DNA of 64,000 bases from Terracidiphilus sp. (GTDB taxonomy: Bacteria > Acidobacteriota > Terriglobia > Terriglobales > Acidobacteriaceae): positions 412,201-476,200 of the forward strand of contig DASXLY010000252.1 of assembly GCA_036495975.1 (NCBI GenBank). The letters are read 5' to 3'. Under the pieces are notes generated by a model, which saw only the letters and a program-made list of their open reading frames with translations, was not told where the DNA came from and did no database searches. Of this stretch, positions 1 through 9,052 are shown piece by piece (the first letter of the stretch is position 1; each line of letters opens with the position of its first letter). The translations under genes and the position numbers were made by a program.

Positions 1-49
1 TGCGGACAAGGTCAAAACCCAGGCTACCCACCAGCATGCCTGATAAACC

Positions 50-80
50 CTGCGGGGACAGTCACTTTCTGCCCCCGCAG
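50..80. terminator. GC-rich hairpin upstream of ispH (possible terminator of the preceding gene)
   Basis: ctgcgggg(50-57)...ccccgcag(73-80) inverted repeat; no clear U-tract. Confidence 0.35.
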
Positions 81-95
81 AAACTCTCAACAAGT

Positions 96-104
96 TGATA
101 TAAT
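96..104 (+). promoter_or_regulatory. Extended -10 promoter (TGnTATAAT), leaderless ispH
   Basis: TGATATAAT at 96-104; expected +1 falls on the GTG start at 111; no Shine-Dalgarno. Confidence 0.7.
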
Positions 105-110
105 GCTAAT

Positions 111-1139
111 GTGACTGTAACTGCGCTCGATTCCACACCAAACTCCGCCAGGAACGATTCTTCCCCGGGTGAGAAACGCGTTCTTCTCCTTAAACCGCGC
201 GGTTTCTGCGCCGGCGTCGTACGCGCGATCGATATCGTCAAAATTGCCCTCGAAACCTTCGGCGCGCCGATCTACGTCCGCCGTGAGATCGTTCACAACC
301 GCTATGTAGTCAATGAGCTGGCGGAAAAGGGCGCGATTTTTGTACATGAAATCGATGATGTGCCCGATGGCCAGCGCGTCATCTACTCAGCCCATGGGGT
401 TTCCCCTGCCGTGCGTGAGCATAGCAAGGGCCGCGGACTCAAAGTGATTGACGCGACCTGTCCCCTGGTCACGAAGGTTCACATCGAGGCCGTCAAGTTT
501 GCCAAGCAGGGGTATTCGCTGGTGCTGATCGGCCATCGCGACCACGACGAGATCGAGGGGACACTCGGCGAAGCCCCGGATGTAACTCAGGTGGTTTCCA
601 ATGTGGCCGAGGTTGCCGCGCTTCAGGTTCCCGATCCCAATCGTGTTGCATACCTGACGCAGACCACGCTTTCGCTGGACGAAGCACGCGACATTATCCA
701 TGCGCTGAAGGAGAAGTTTCCTAATATCGCCGGGCCCCACTCGCAGGACATTTGCTACGCGACGGAGAACCGCCAGGTCGCGGTCCGCAATGTGGCACAC
801 AATGCTGATCTCGTGCTGGTAGTCGGCTCAACCAACAGCTCCAATTCCAACCGCCTCGTCGAGGTATCGCGCAATCTCGGAACCATCGGGTACCTGATTG
901 ATAACTCCCAGGCCATCGATCCAAAGTGGCTCGAAGGCGTCTCGACAGTCGCGGTGACGGCCGGTGCGTCGGCCCCCGAGGTTCTGGTGGAAGACGTGGT
1001 CAATTATTTGCGTCAAAATGGGTTCTCCAGCGTCGAAGAAGTTGAGGTAATGCCGGAGAATGTGCGCTTTGGCCTGCCTCCTGAGATCATTCAGGCAATT
1101 GGGGGGTCAGGGGGCGGAAACTCGGTGCCTGTGCGCTGA
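111..1139 (+). CDS. ispH: 4-hydroxy-3-methylbut-2-enyl diphosphate reductase
   Basis: PRGFCAGV, IVHN, SAHG, DATCPLV, ICYATENRQ, SSNS motifs. Confidence 0.97.
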   Translation: MTVTALDSTPNSARNDSSPGEKRVLLLKPRGFCAGVVRAIDIVKIALETFGAPIYVRREIVHNRYVVNELAEKGAIFVHEIDDVPDGQRVIYSAHGVSPAVREHSKGRGLKVIDATCPLVTKVHIEAVKFAKQGYSLVLIGHRDHDEIEGTLGEAPDVTQVVSNVAEVAALQVPDPNRVAYLTQTTLSLDEARDIIHALKEKFPNIAGPHSQDICYATENRQVAVRNVAHNADLVLVVGSTNSSNSNRLVEVSRNLGTIGYLIDNSQAIDPKWLEGVSTVAVTAGASAPEVLVEDVVNYLRQNGFSSVEEVEVMPENVRFGLPPEIIQAIGGSGGGNSVPVR

Positions 1140-1294
1140 CCGGCAAAGCCAACGTGCGGGGAATCATCGGAATCGAAATTCCATGACGGCGGCCGCCGTT
1201 GAATGGCTGTTCAGCTGGCCTGGTGCGGAGAGATTGGCGCTGTCCAACACCCGGAAATCCGGTATTTTTCAACTATCGAGAGGCTCAATATCGC

Positions 1295-3304
1295 ATGAGT
1301 ATCCAGCAAGGTCACACCGAGTCCGCGGCCCCAAGATTTGGGCGCCTGGATGCAGCCCTTGCTGATGTTGAATCAGCGATTCTGCACTCGCGTGAGTACC
1401 TCCTCTCTCTCCAGCATCCTGAGGGATATTGGAGCGGCGAATTGGAAGCCGACGCGATGCTCGAGGCCGATTACATCTTTCTGCATACCCTGCTGGAATC
1501 CGGCGATCCCGGACGGCTGAAAAGGGCATGCACGGAGATGATGCGCTATCAGAAAGACGATGGCAGCTGGAGTCTTTATCCCGGTGGCCCCGGGAACATC
1601 TCACTCGCTGTCAAATGTTATTTCTCAGCCAAGCTGATGGGTATCCCCGCTACCGATCCGCGTCTCGTCAAGGCGCGCGAATGGATTCTAGCCAATGGCG
1701 GTGTAGTCGCGTGCAACACCTTTACGAAGATGTATCTCTGCGCGCTTGGCCAGTACAACTACGATGCTGTCCCGGCCATTCCTCCGGAGATTGTCCTCTT
1801 TCCAAACTGGTTCTACTTCAACATCTATGAAATCTCGGCGTGGTCCCGGTCGATTCTTGTACCCCTGGCCATTATTTATGCGAAGAAACCGTACAAGAAG
1901 ATCCCGCCTGAGCAGGCCATTGATGAACTGTTCGTGGGAGGCCGCGAAAACGCTAACCTTCGCTTGCGGTGGGACCGCAAAAAGATACTCTCCTGGCGAA
2001 ATTTCTTCATCGCGATCGATCGCGTGATGCACTGGGCCGAAGCAGTGCATCTGCGCCCTGTCCGCAGGCTCGCCCTGAAGCGGGCAGAGAAGTGGATGCT
2101 GGAACGCCTGGAGATGTCGGACGGCCTCGGAGCAATTTATCCGGCCATGATGAACGCCATCCTCGCCCTTCGCTGCCTCGGCTACTCCGAGGACGATCCG
2201 CAGGTCATTCGCGCGCGTGACGAATTCGAGAAGCTTGGCATTGAAGCGCCGGCCAACGACGACATGCCGGAGTCGACATTCCGCATGCAACCCTGCATGT
2301 CGCCGGTGTGGGATACGGCGCAGGCTCTGTATGCGCTTGGAGAAGCGGGTGTACCGCGCACCGACGAGCGCATGCTGAAAGCTGCTGACTGGCTGCTGTC
2401 GAAGGAAGTTCGCAACAAGGGCGACTGGGCCGTGAAGGTGAACAAGACCGAGCCCGGCGGATGGTACTTCGAGTTCAACAACGAGTTTTATCCCGACACT
2501 GACGACACCGCGCAGGTACTTCTCGCGCTGAGCAAGGTCGACAACCCGCGCGAACGCTATCAGCACCAGGTGGCATTGCGCGCTATCGACTGGGAATTCG
2601 CCATGCAATGCCGCAATGGCGGCTGGGGCAGCTTCGACAAAGACAACACGAAGATGATCTTCCAGTACATCCCGTTTGCGGATCACAACGCAATGCTTGA
2701 TCCGCCGACCGTCGACATCACCGGACGCATGCTGGAGATGCTGGCCATCTATGGATATACGCGCACCGACAAGCGCGTGGAGAAGGCCATCAAGTTCATC
2801 CTGAGTGAACAGGAGCCAGACGGAAGCTGGTTCGGCCGCTGGGGCGTGAATTATATCTACGGTACGTTCCTGGTGCTGCGCGGCCTCGACGCGATCGGAT
2901 TCGACCACAATGAGCCACAGGTGCAGCAGGCTGCTGAATGGATCCGCATGGTGCAGAACGCCGACGGCGGATGGGGCGAATCCTGCGGAACCTACGAAGC
3001 CCCGGATACCCGCGGTATCGGTGTCAGCACGCCCTCGCAGACCGCCTGGGCGATGCTTGGTCTTTTGGCAGCAGGCGATGATCGCTCCGACTCCGTTGCC
3101 AAGGGTGTCCGCTGGCTGCTCGAACGCCAGAGCGAAGATGGTGGCTGGGACGAGTCGATGGGCGATGGAGCTAGGCGGGAAGGCATCATTACCGGGACCG
3201 GCTTCCCGAAGGTTTTCTATCTGGCTTACACGATGTACCGGCAGTACTTCCCGCTTATGGCACTCACCGCCTACAAGCGGGCAATGGAGAAAAGCAGCCT
3301 CTAG
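1295..3304 (+). CDS. shc: Squalene-hopene cyclase
   Basis: DTDDTA catalytic motif, QW-type repeats (QxxDGSW, QNADGGWGE), GTGFP; ATG 1295 after GAGAGG (ORF track starts at 1199). Confidence 0.96.
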   Translation: MSIQQGHTESAAPRFGRLDAALADVESAILHSREYLLSLQHPEGYWSGELEADAMLEADYIFLHTLLESGDPGRLKRACTEMMRYQKDDGSWSLYPGGPGNISLAVKCYFSAKLMGIPATDPRLVKAREWILANGGVVACNTFTKMYLCALGQYNYDAVPAIPPEIVLFPNWFYFNIYEISAWSRSILVPLAIIYAKKPYKKIPPEQAIDELFVGGRENANLRLRWDRKKILSWRNFFIAIDRVMHWAEAVHLRPVRRLALKRAEKWMLERLEMSDGLGAIYPAMMNAILALRCLGYSEDDPQVIRARDEFEKLGIEAPANDDMPESTFRMQPCMSPVWDTAQALYALGEAGVPRTDERMLKAADWLLSKEVRNKGDWAVKVNKTEPGGWYFEFNNEFYPDTDDTAQVLLALSKVDNPRERYQHQVALRAIDWEFAMQCRNGGWGSFDKDNTKMIFQYIPFADHNAMLDPPTVDITGRMLEMLAIYGYTRTDKRVEKAIKFILSEQEPDGSWFGRWGVNYIYGTFLVLRGLDAIGFDHNEPQVQQAAEWIRMVQNADGGWGESCGTYEAPDTRGIGVSTPSQTAWAMLGLLAAGDDRSDSVAKGVRWLLERQSEDGGWDESMGDGARREGIITGTGFPKVFYLAYTMYRQYFPLMALTAYKRAMEKSSL

Positions 3305-3352
3305 CTTCGAGCCTCTAGTTTGTCTAGAAGCCAGGAGCCAGAAGCCAGGAGG
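3294..3352. repeat. Inverted heptamer arrays at the shc/hpnH junction
   Basis: gcagcct ctagctt cgagcct ctagttt, then aagccag gagccag aagccag gag; the arms are approximate reverse complements. Confidence 0.7.
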
Positions 3353-3364
3353 GTTTACTCAGAC

Positions 3365-4477
3365 ATGGCAATTCCGATCTCCCAGGTGTGGACGGTCTTC
3401 TCGTACGTGTGGAAGCAGCGTCTGAAGGGCAACGAGCGCTATCCGCTGGTGCTTATGCTGGAGCCGCTCTTCCGCTGCAACCTGGCGTGCGCCGGATGCG
3501 GGAAGGTGCAATATCCTCCACACGTGCTCAAGCGCATGCTCACCCCTGAGGAATGCTTCGCCGCCGTTGAAGAGTGTGGCGCGCCCATGGTGTCTATCCC
3601 CGGTGGCGAGCCGCTGCTGCATCCGCAGATCGTCGAAATCGTCAACGGGCTCATTGCGCGCAAGAAGTACATTTACCTGTGCACCAATGCGCTTGAGTTG
3701 AAGCGCCGCATTCATGAGTTCACCCCATCGAAGTACCTCACGTTCAGCGTGCATTTGGACGGCGAACGCGAGCACCACGACTTCTCAGTTTGCCGCGAAG
3801 GCGGATGGGACATCGCCGTGGAGGGTATCAAGGAAGCGGTGAAGCGCGGCTTCCGCGTCACTCCCAATTCCACGTTCTTCGACGGCACCGATCCCAACAG
3901 CGTGCGCCGCTACTTCGATGAAGTGATGGCGCTGGGGGTCGAGGGCATCGTGCTCTCGCCGGGCTACAGCTACGACAAGGCTCCCGATCAACACCGCTTC
4001 CTCGGTCGCGCTCGTGTACGCAGGCTCTTCCGCGCCATTCTCTCCAATCGCAAGAAGTCGTGGAAGTTCAATATGTCGCCGCTGTTTCTCGAGTTCCTGA
4101 TGGGCGATCGCAAATACGAGTGCACTCCATGGGGGTCGCCTGCATACAACATCTTCGGCTGGCAGCGTCCCTGCTATCTGCTTCAGGATGGCTACGCGGA
4201 GACGTTCAAGGAGCTGATGGAGACAACGCAGTGGGCCGAGTACGGCGTGGCCAGCGGCAATTCGAAATGCGCCAATTGCATGGTGAGCTGCGGCTATGAG
4301 CCCACGGCAGTCATCGATGGTTTTCTTTCGTTGAAGGGGTTTATGTCCATGGCGCGTGGCTGGTTCGGCACCTACGAGGACGAGCACGCACTCAAACTGC
4401 TGAGTGAGCCCGCCCCCCACGGTCCGGCAACGCTGGTGCAGATCGAATCCCCCGACCGCGAGATGGTCACGAAATAA
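3365..4477 (+). CDS. hpnH: Adenosylhopane-forming radical SAM protein
   Basis: LEPLFRCNLACAGCGK CxxxCxxC motif, C-terminal CANCMVSCGYE; follows shc; AGGAGG before ATG 3365. Confidence 0.93.
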   Translation: MAIPISQVWTVFSYVWKQRLKGNERYPLVLMLEPLFRCNLACAGCGKVQYPPHVLKRMLTPEECFAAVEECGAPMVSIPGGEPLLHPQIVEIVNGLIARKKYIYLCTNALELKRRIHEFTPSKYLTFSVHLDGEREHHDFSVCREGGWDIAVEGIKEAVKRGFRVTPNSTFFDGTDPNSVRRYFDEVMALGVEGIVLSPGYSYDKAPDQHRFLGRARVRRLFRAILSNRKKSWKFNMSPLFLEFLMGDRKYECTPWGSPAYNIFGWQRPCYLLQDGYAETFKELMETTQWAEYGVASGNSKCANCMVSCGYEPTAVIDGFLSLKGFMSMARGWFGTYEDEHALKLLSEPAPHGPATLVQIESPDREMVTK

Positions 4478-4499
4478 AAGTGAAAGACAAGAGTCACTT

Positions 4500-4527
4500 T
4501 TGCTGATAGCTGATAGCCGAAAGCTGA
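4500..4527 (+). repeat. Heptamer array (NNGCTGA)4 before a start codon
   Basis: ttgctga tagctga tagccga aagctga. Confidence 0.65.
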
Positions 4528-4542
4528 TTCTCGGAGAGAATC

Positions 4543-4971
4543 ATGACTGCCGAAGTTTCGAAATACACCCTCGAGCAAATCGAAGCCCTCGAGCTCGCTC
4601 CGGGCACCGAACACCAGCAGCTCGAAGGCTGGGTTCCCGACCTGGCCGGCGAAGACGATCTTCGCAACGCACTTGAGAAGGCGTTCGACTATCGCGGCGA
4701 CGTTACCATCACCACCAAAAGCGGTAAGAAGATCGAGGCATTCATCTTCAATCGCCACACCGGGGCCTCGCTTGCAGAGAGCTATGTTCAGTATTTCGAG
4801 CCGAACGTGAACGGCAAGCTGAAGCTGGGCTATGGTGAGATCGCGCGTCTCGAATTCAGCGGTAAGGATCGCGCCGCAGGCAAGCACTGGGAAGACTGGG
4901 TCAAGGCCTACAACGATCGCAAATCCGCCGGCGAAAAGAACATCGCTCTCCACCCCGACAAGATCGACTAG
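4543..4971 (+). CDS. Hypothetical protein at the end of the hopanoid cluster
   Basis: 142-aa ORF with GGAG RBS and host-like codon usage, co-oriented with hpnH. Confidence 0.8.
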   Translation: MTAEVSKYTLEQIEALELAPGTEHQQLEGWVPDLAGEDDLRNALEKAFDYRGDVTITTKSGKKIEAFIFNRHTGASLAESYVQYFEPNVNGKLKLGYGEIARLEFSGKDRAAGKHWEDWVKAYNDRKSAGEKNIALHPDKID

Positions 4972-5063
4972 AACCAGAGAGAGAATTGCCGGCTGAGCGA
5001 GGGGCTTTTCAGCGAGCGCAGCATCGCCTGCATCCGCTCAATTGTGCAACCAGTTCCAGAACC

Positions 5064-6245
5064 CTACGGCTCGGCATAATAGGCGGTCATCGATCTCACA
5101 TCGAGCCCCGGACGCTTCACCTTCACTTCAATTTTGTGAAGCTCGTGCGGTGACTTGGCAGGCATCGCTTCGAACGACACTGCATAGTATCCATCCGCAT
5201 CGCGAATGCTCGAGGAGAGGTCGGCGGCGAGATCGCGGCTGGACGTCAACGCCCTCCCTCCGGTTTGCGTTGCAAGGATTGGCAGCGCAAGGCTGGCCGG
5301 TCCTGCGTCGCTTGCCGAGTTGCAGCCAGCCATAAGCGTCTTCACGTCGACGCGCGCAAACTCCTTCTCGCGCGTTCCATCGGGCAGGGAAAGAGCATCA
5401 ATTGTGACCTGGGCGTTGCGAAGATCGCGCAATACGTTGGCAACTTCGTCGAAGAACCCCGCCCGTGCCTTCGGCGTTGGCTGTCCGAATTCCACGTCGG
5501 AGAGGAGCGGCCAACCAGACCCGACCCAGATCAGAATCGTGCGCCCTCCCAAGGTCTTTTGCTGTTGTGCGATTCCGTCGAGTGCCGCAATCGAGTCCCG
5601 AAAATGTACTTGCAGGCAGTTGGGAACATTCTCGGTGCGATGCCCGGGATCATCCTTTTGGAGGGCGGCTGGTCTGGCAACGACCTGCTCGACAGATCCC
5701 TCTCCGGAGGAACAAGCATTGGAGTGGACGCCTTTGGTCGTTTTCACAAAGGCGCGCCCCAGAATATTGCGATCCGTCGTCGGTGCGGTGGCCTTCAACT
5801 CCCCGTTGAACCACAGCACGAACGAAGTCGGGTAGGGAAGCGGACCGTGTCCATGAGCCAGGTAGTCGAAGATGGCCTGACGCTCTTCCTCCAACTCGTG
5901 GGCAGGGCTGTTCACCGCGTCGAGAAGAATAACCACCTCGGTTGCGTCGGTCATCGCCTCGCCGTCGATCATGTGGATCCCCGCAATTTTCCGCGGTTCG
6001 TTGTTGTCCAACAGGGCGAAATCGCTCGCGGTAAGATCCGCCACCAGTCTTCCGCTGCTGTCGGCCACCTGCACGTTCACCGTAATGCGGTGTGCCTCCA
6101 GGTACTCGCGATCGCGCTGCTCCTTGGTGCGCGTTTTAAGCGTGGGATTCTGCGCAGCCATTGGTGCCACGATGCCAACCAGCCCAAGGCAAATACACGC
6201 AGCCCAGCGTGCCTGACCGTTCCGATGGCGGGAAAAACACTTCAT
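5064..6245 (-). CDS. VWA-domain protein (VWFA-related acidobacterial family), secreted
   Basis: Signal-like N-terminus; VNVQVAD..G..V.DL...DF, ILLDAVNS, GRTILIWVGSGWP, LATQTGG, HKIEVKV; start uncertain. Confidence 0.85.
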   Translation of the reverse strand: MKCFSRHRNGQARWAACICLGLVGIVAPMAAQNPTLKTRTKEQRDREYLEAHRITVNVQVADSSGRLVADLTASDFALLDNNEPRKIAGIHMIDGEAMTDATEVVILLDAVNSPAHELEEERQAIFDYLAHGHGPLPYPTSFVLWFNGELKATAPTTDRNILGRAFVKTTKGVHSNACSSGEGSVEQVVARPAALQKDDPGHRTENVPNCLQVHFRDSIAALDGIAQQQKTLGGRTILIWVGSGWPLLSDVEFGQPTPKARAGFFDEVANVLRDLRNAQVTIDALSLPDGTREKEFARVDVKTLMAGCNSASDAGPASLALPILATQTGGRALTSSRDLAADLSSSIRDADGYYAVSFEAMPAKSPHELHKIEVKVKRPGLDVRSMTAYYAEP

Positions 6246-6469
6246 GCGCTTACGATACTCGGACGAGGCAGATGTTTCACCGGTAGCAGCGAACCAGCGA
6301 CGCACCGTAAATACCGTCCAAAACCGAACAGCCTGCACTGGTTCCGGACAGCTCACTTCCTGCCCAGGTGTCCCTCATCCCTAGCTTTAGCAGAGGTTTA
6401 GCTCGTTCTCCGGATGGCCTTCGACGTGCTTTGCTCATACCCGAGCCGTTGTGTGCCCGGAGGATTGGA

Positions 6470-9007
6470 ATGAGGGTTTTGATGCAGGACATTGCCTACG
6501 CTTTCCGCCAGATACGGAAGACCCCCGGATTCACCATCACCGTCGTTCTCACTCTCGCGCTCGGCATTGGCGCCAACGCTGCCATCTTCACTTTGGTAAA
6601 CGCGGTCCTGCTGCACAACCTGCCTGTTACGGATCCGAAGACACTCATTCGCATCGGCGACAATGACAACTGCTGTGTCAACTCCGGTATTCACCGTGAC
6701 GGCGATTACACCTTGTTTGCAACGGATACCTATCTCATGCTCCGGAAGAACCTTCCCGAGTTTGAAGAGCTGGCAGCCATGGAATCCGGCTTTAATTACC
6801 GCCCGGTCACGGTGCGTCGTGAGGAGCCATCGGCCGTCGCCAAATCCTCATTGAGCGAATTCGTCTCCGGCAATTACTTCCGCACCTTCGGCCTTCAGCC
6901 TGCTGCCGGCCGGCTCTTCAACGATGCCGACGACGCCAAGGGTGCGCCCCTCACTGCAGTGATGAGCTATGACACCTGGGCGCATGAGTATGCATCCGAT
7001 CCCAAGGTTATTGGCAGCACCTTCCGAATCAATACCCAGCCGGTCACCGTCGTTGGCATCGCGCCCGAGGGCTACTTCGGCGATCGCGTGACGAGCACAC
7101 CGCCCAACTTCTTTTTGCCTCTCGAGTCGATGGCTGTCATTCTCAACGTTCCCTATCTCCACGACCCCGAGGTGGAATGGTCTTATCTTGTCGGTCGATT
7201 GAAACCAGGGGTGTCGCAGCCTGCGCTGCAAACCAAGATCGGCGGCTTGCTTCGTCAATACTTCTCAACGGTCAAGGAATACGCGCTTGAACGCAATAAG
7301 GTCTATCTCGCCCGCACGCATGTGGTTCTCACTCCGGGTGGCGCCGGGATTCAGCATTTGCAGGATCAGTACAAATCGGATCTTCACCTTCTCACCTGGA
7401 TTGCCGCGCTCGTCCTTCTTGTCGCCTGTGCAAACATCGCAAATCTCCTGCTGGTCCGCGGCATGGGACGCCGCGCTGAAATGTCGGTACGTACCGCCCT
7501 CGGCGCACAACGCGGCCGGCTCGTCCGCCAACTCCTTACCGAAAGCGTGATCCTTGGCGGCATAGGTGGTGCTGCCGGCCTCTTTGTCGCATTCGCTGGG
7601 GCGCGCATGCTTCTTGCGCTGGCGTTTCCGGGTGCCGACAGCGTCACCATCAATCCTGCGCCCTCTCCGCTGGTCATCGCCTTCGCATTTGGACTTTCGC
7701 TGGTCACCGGGGTTCTCTTCGGAGTAGCCCCGGCCGCGATTGCGGCCCAAGCCCAGCCAGCCGATGCTTTGCGCACCAATTCCCGGACCACCGCTGCGGG
7801 CGCGTCTTTCCTGCAGCGAAGCCTCGTTGTGCTTCAGGCCGCACTCTCGCTGGTTCTCCTCGTCGGTGCAGGCCTGTTTTCCCAAAGCCTGAGCAAGCTG
7901 CAAAGCACCGACATGCACCTGGATTCCACGAACCGCTACATCATCCACTTCAATCCGCAGGCCGCCGGATACCTGCCATCGAATGTCGAAGCACTATACC
8001 GCACCATCGAAGACCAGTTCCACGCCCTGCCTGGGGTGGTCAAAGTCGGCATCGCCACCTACACGCCGATGGAAGACAACAACTGGAGCACAGGGGTCCA
8101 GATCCAGGGCAAGCCCGAGCCCGACAAGGGCGCATCCTTTGTGAAGGCCACGTCCGAATACTTCGATTCGGTCGGCACCCACGTCCTCATGGGCCGGGGG
8201 TTCCTGCGCACCGACCTGTTCGCAGCTCCGCCAGTCGCGGTTATCAATAAGGAGTTTGTGAAGCAGTTCTTCAAGCCCGGTGAGAACCCGATTGGCCAAC
8301 GCATGGGAAGCCCCGGCCCTAAAAGCGCCGGTTCATTCGAAATTGTCGGGGTCGTGGATGACACCACCTACACCGCGGTCCAATGGAAGGACCACGCCAT
8401 GTTCTTTGTCCCGCTCACTCAACGTGCAGCTACTGACAAGCAACCTTTGGATCAGGATGGCTCGTTCTATGCCGGCGCCATCGTTGTCCAGACCGATCAT
8501 CCAGTCAACGACATGGAGAAGATGGCCTCGAGGACACTTGACGGCATCAACCCCAACCTCACCATCGTCAAGTTCCAGACGTTCGACCAGCAGATCGGCG
8601 ATCGATTCAGCGAGGAGCGCATGATTGCGCGACTCACTCAGCTGTTCGGCGGATTGGCTCTGCTGCTGGCCACCATCGGCCTCTATGGAGTTACGGCCTA
8701 CACCGTTGTTCGCCGCACGCCTGAAATCGGCATCCGCATGGCCCTTGGCGCGGAGCGCATCCGCGTGGTCGGGATGGTGATGCGTAACGCCATGGTGCAG
8801 GCGCTCATCGGCCTCATCCTCGGCGTGCCCGTCGCCATCTTCTGCGTGCGTTACGTCAAGACCCAGCTCTACGAGATCACCAGTATTGATACCAGAGTGA
8901 TGGCGGGAGCCATCCTCGTCCTTATCGCCGCAGCCTGCATCGCGGGTCTGATCCCCGCGCGTCGTGCGGCCTCAATTGATCCAGTAAAGGCGCTGCGAGT
9001 GGAGTAG
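6470..9007 (+). CDS. ABC permease, ADOP (duplicated MacB/FtsX) family
   Basis: TLALGIGANAAIF, LLVACANIANLLL, EIGIRMALGA, PARRAASIDP; GGAGG before ATG 6470. Confidence 0.93.
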   Translation: MRVLMQDIAYAFRQIRKTPGFTITVVLTLALGIGANAAIFTLVNAVLLHNLPVTDPKTLIRIGDNDNCCVNSGIHRDGDYTLFATDTYLMLRKNLPEFEELAAMESGFNYRPVTVRREEPSAVAKSSLSEFVSGNYFRTFGLQPAAGRLFNDADDAKGAPLTAVMSYDTWAHEYASDPKVIGSTFRINTQPVTVVGIAPEGYFGDRVTSTPPNFFLPLESMAVILNVPYLHDPEVEWSYLVGRLKPGVSQPALQTKIGGLLRQYFSTVKEYALERNKVYLARTHVVLTPGGAGIQHLQDQYKSDLHLLTWIAALVLLVACANIANLLLVRGMGRRAEMSVRTALGAQRGRLVRQLLTESVILGGIGGAAGLFVAFAGARMLLALAFPGADSVTINPAPSPLVIAFAFGLSLVTGVLFGVAPAAIAAQAQPADALRTNSRTTAAGASFLQRSLVVLQAALSLVLLVGAGLFSQSLSKLQSTDMHLDSTNRYIIHFNPQAAGYLPSNVEALYRTIEDQFHALPGVVKVGIATYTPMEDNNWSTGVQIQGKPEPDKGASFVKATSEYFDSVGTHVLMGRGFLRTDLFAAPPVAVINKEFVKQFFKPGENPIGQRMGSPGPKSAGSFEIVGVVDDTTYTAVQWKDHAMFFVPLTQRAATDKQPLDQDGSFYAGAIVVQTDHPVNDMEKMASRTLDGINPNLTIVKFQTFDQQIGDRFSEERMIARLTQLFGGLALLLATIGLYGVTAYTVVRRTPEIGIRMALGAERIRVVGMVMRNAMVQALIGLILGVPVAIFCVRYVKTQLYEITSIDTRVMAGAILVLIAAACIAGLIPARRAASIDPVKALRVE

Positions 9008-9022
9008 CATCGATAGTTTTCT

Positions 9023-9050
9023 AAACTGAGGACGGACAACTGATAGCTGT
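9023..9050. repeat. Heptamer array just after the feoB stop
   Basis: aaactga ggacgga caactga tagctgt. Confidence 0.55.
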
Positions 9051-9052
9051 CT

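Noticed and set aside
4476-4501. AAAAGTGA-N10-TCACTTTT as a CRP-like site
   Set aside because: The spacer is 10 nt; more likely a weak RNA hairpin after hpnH.
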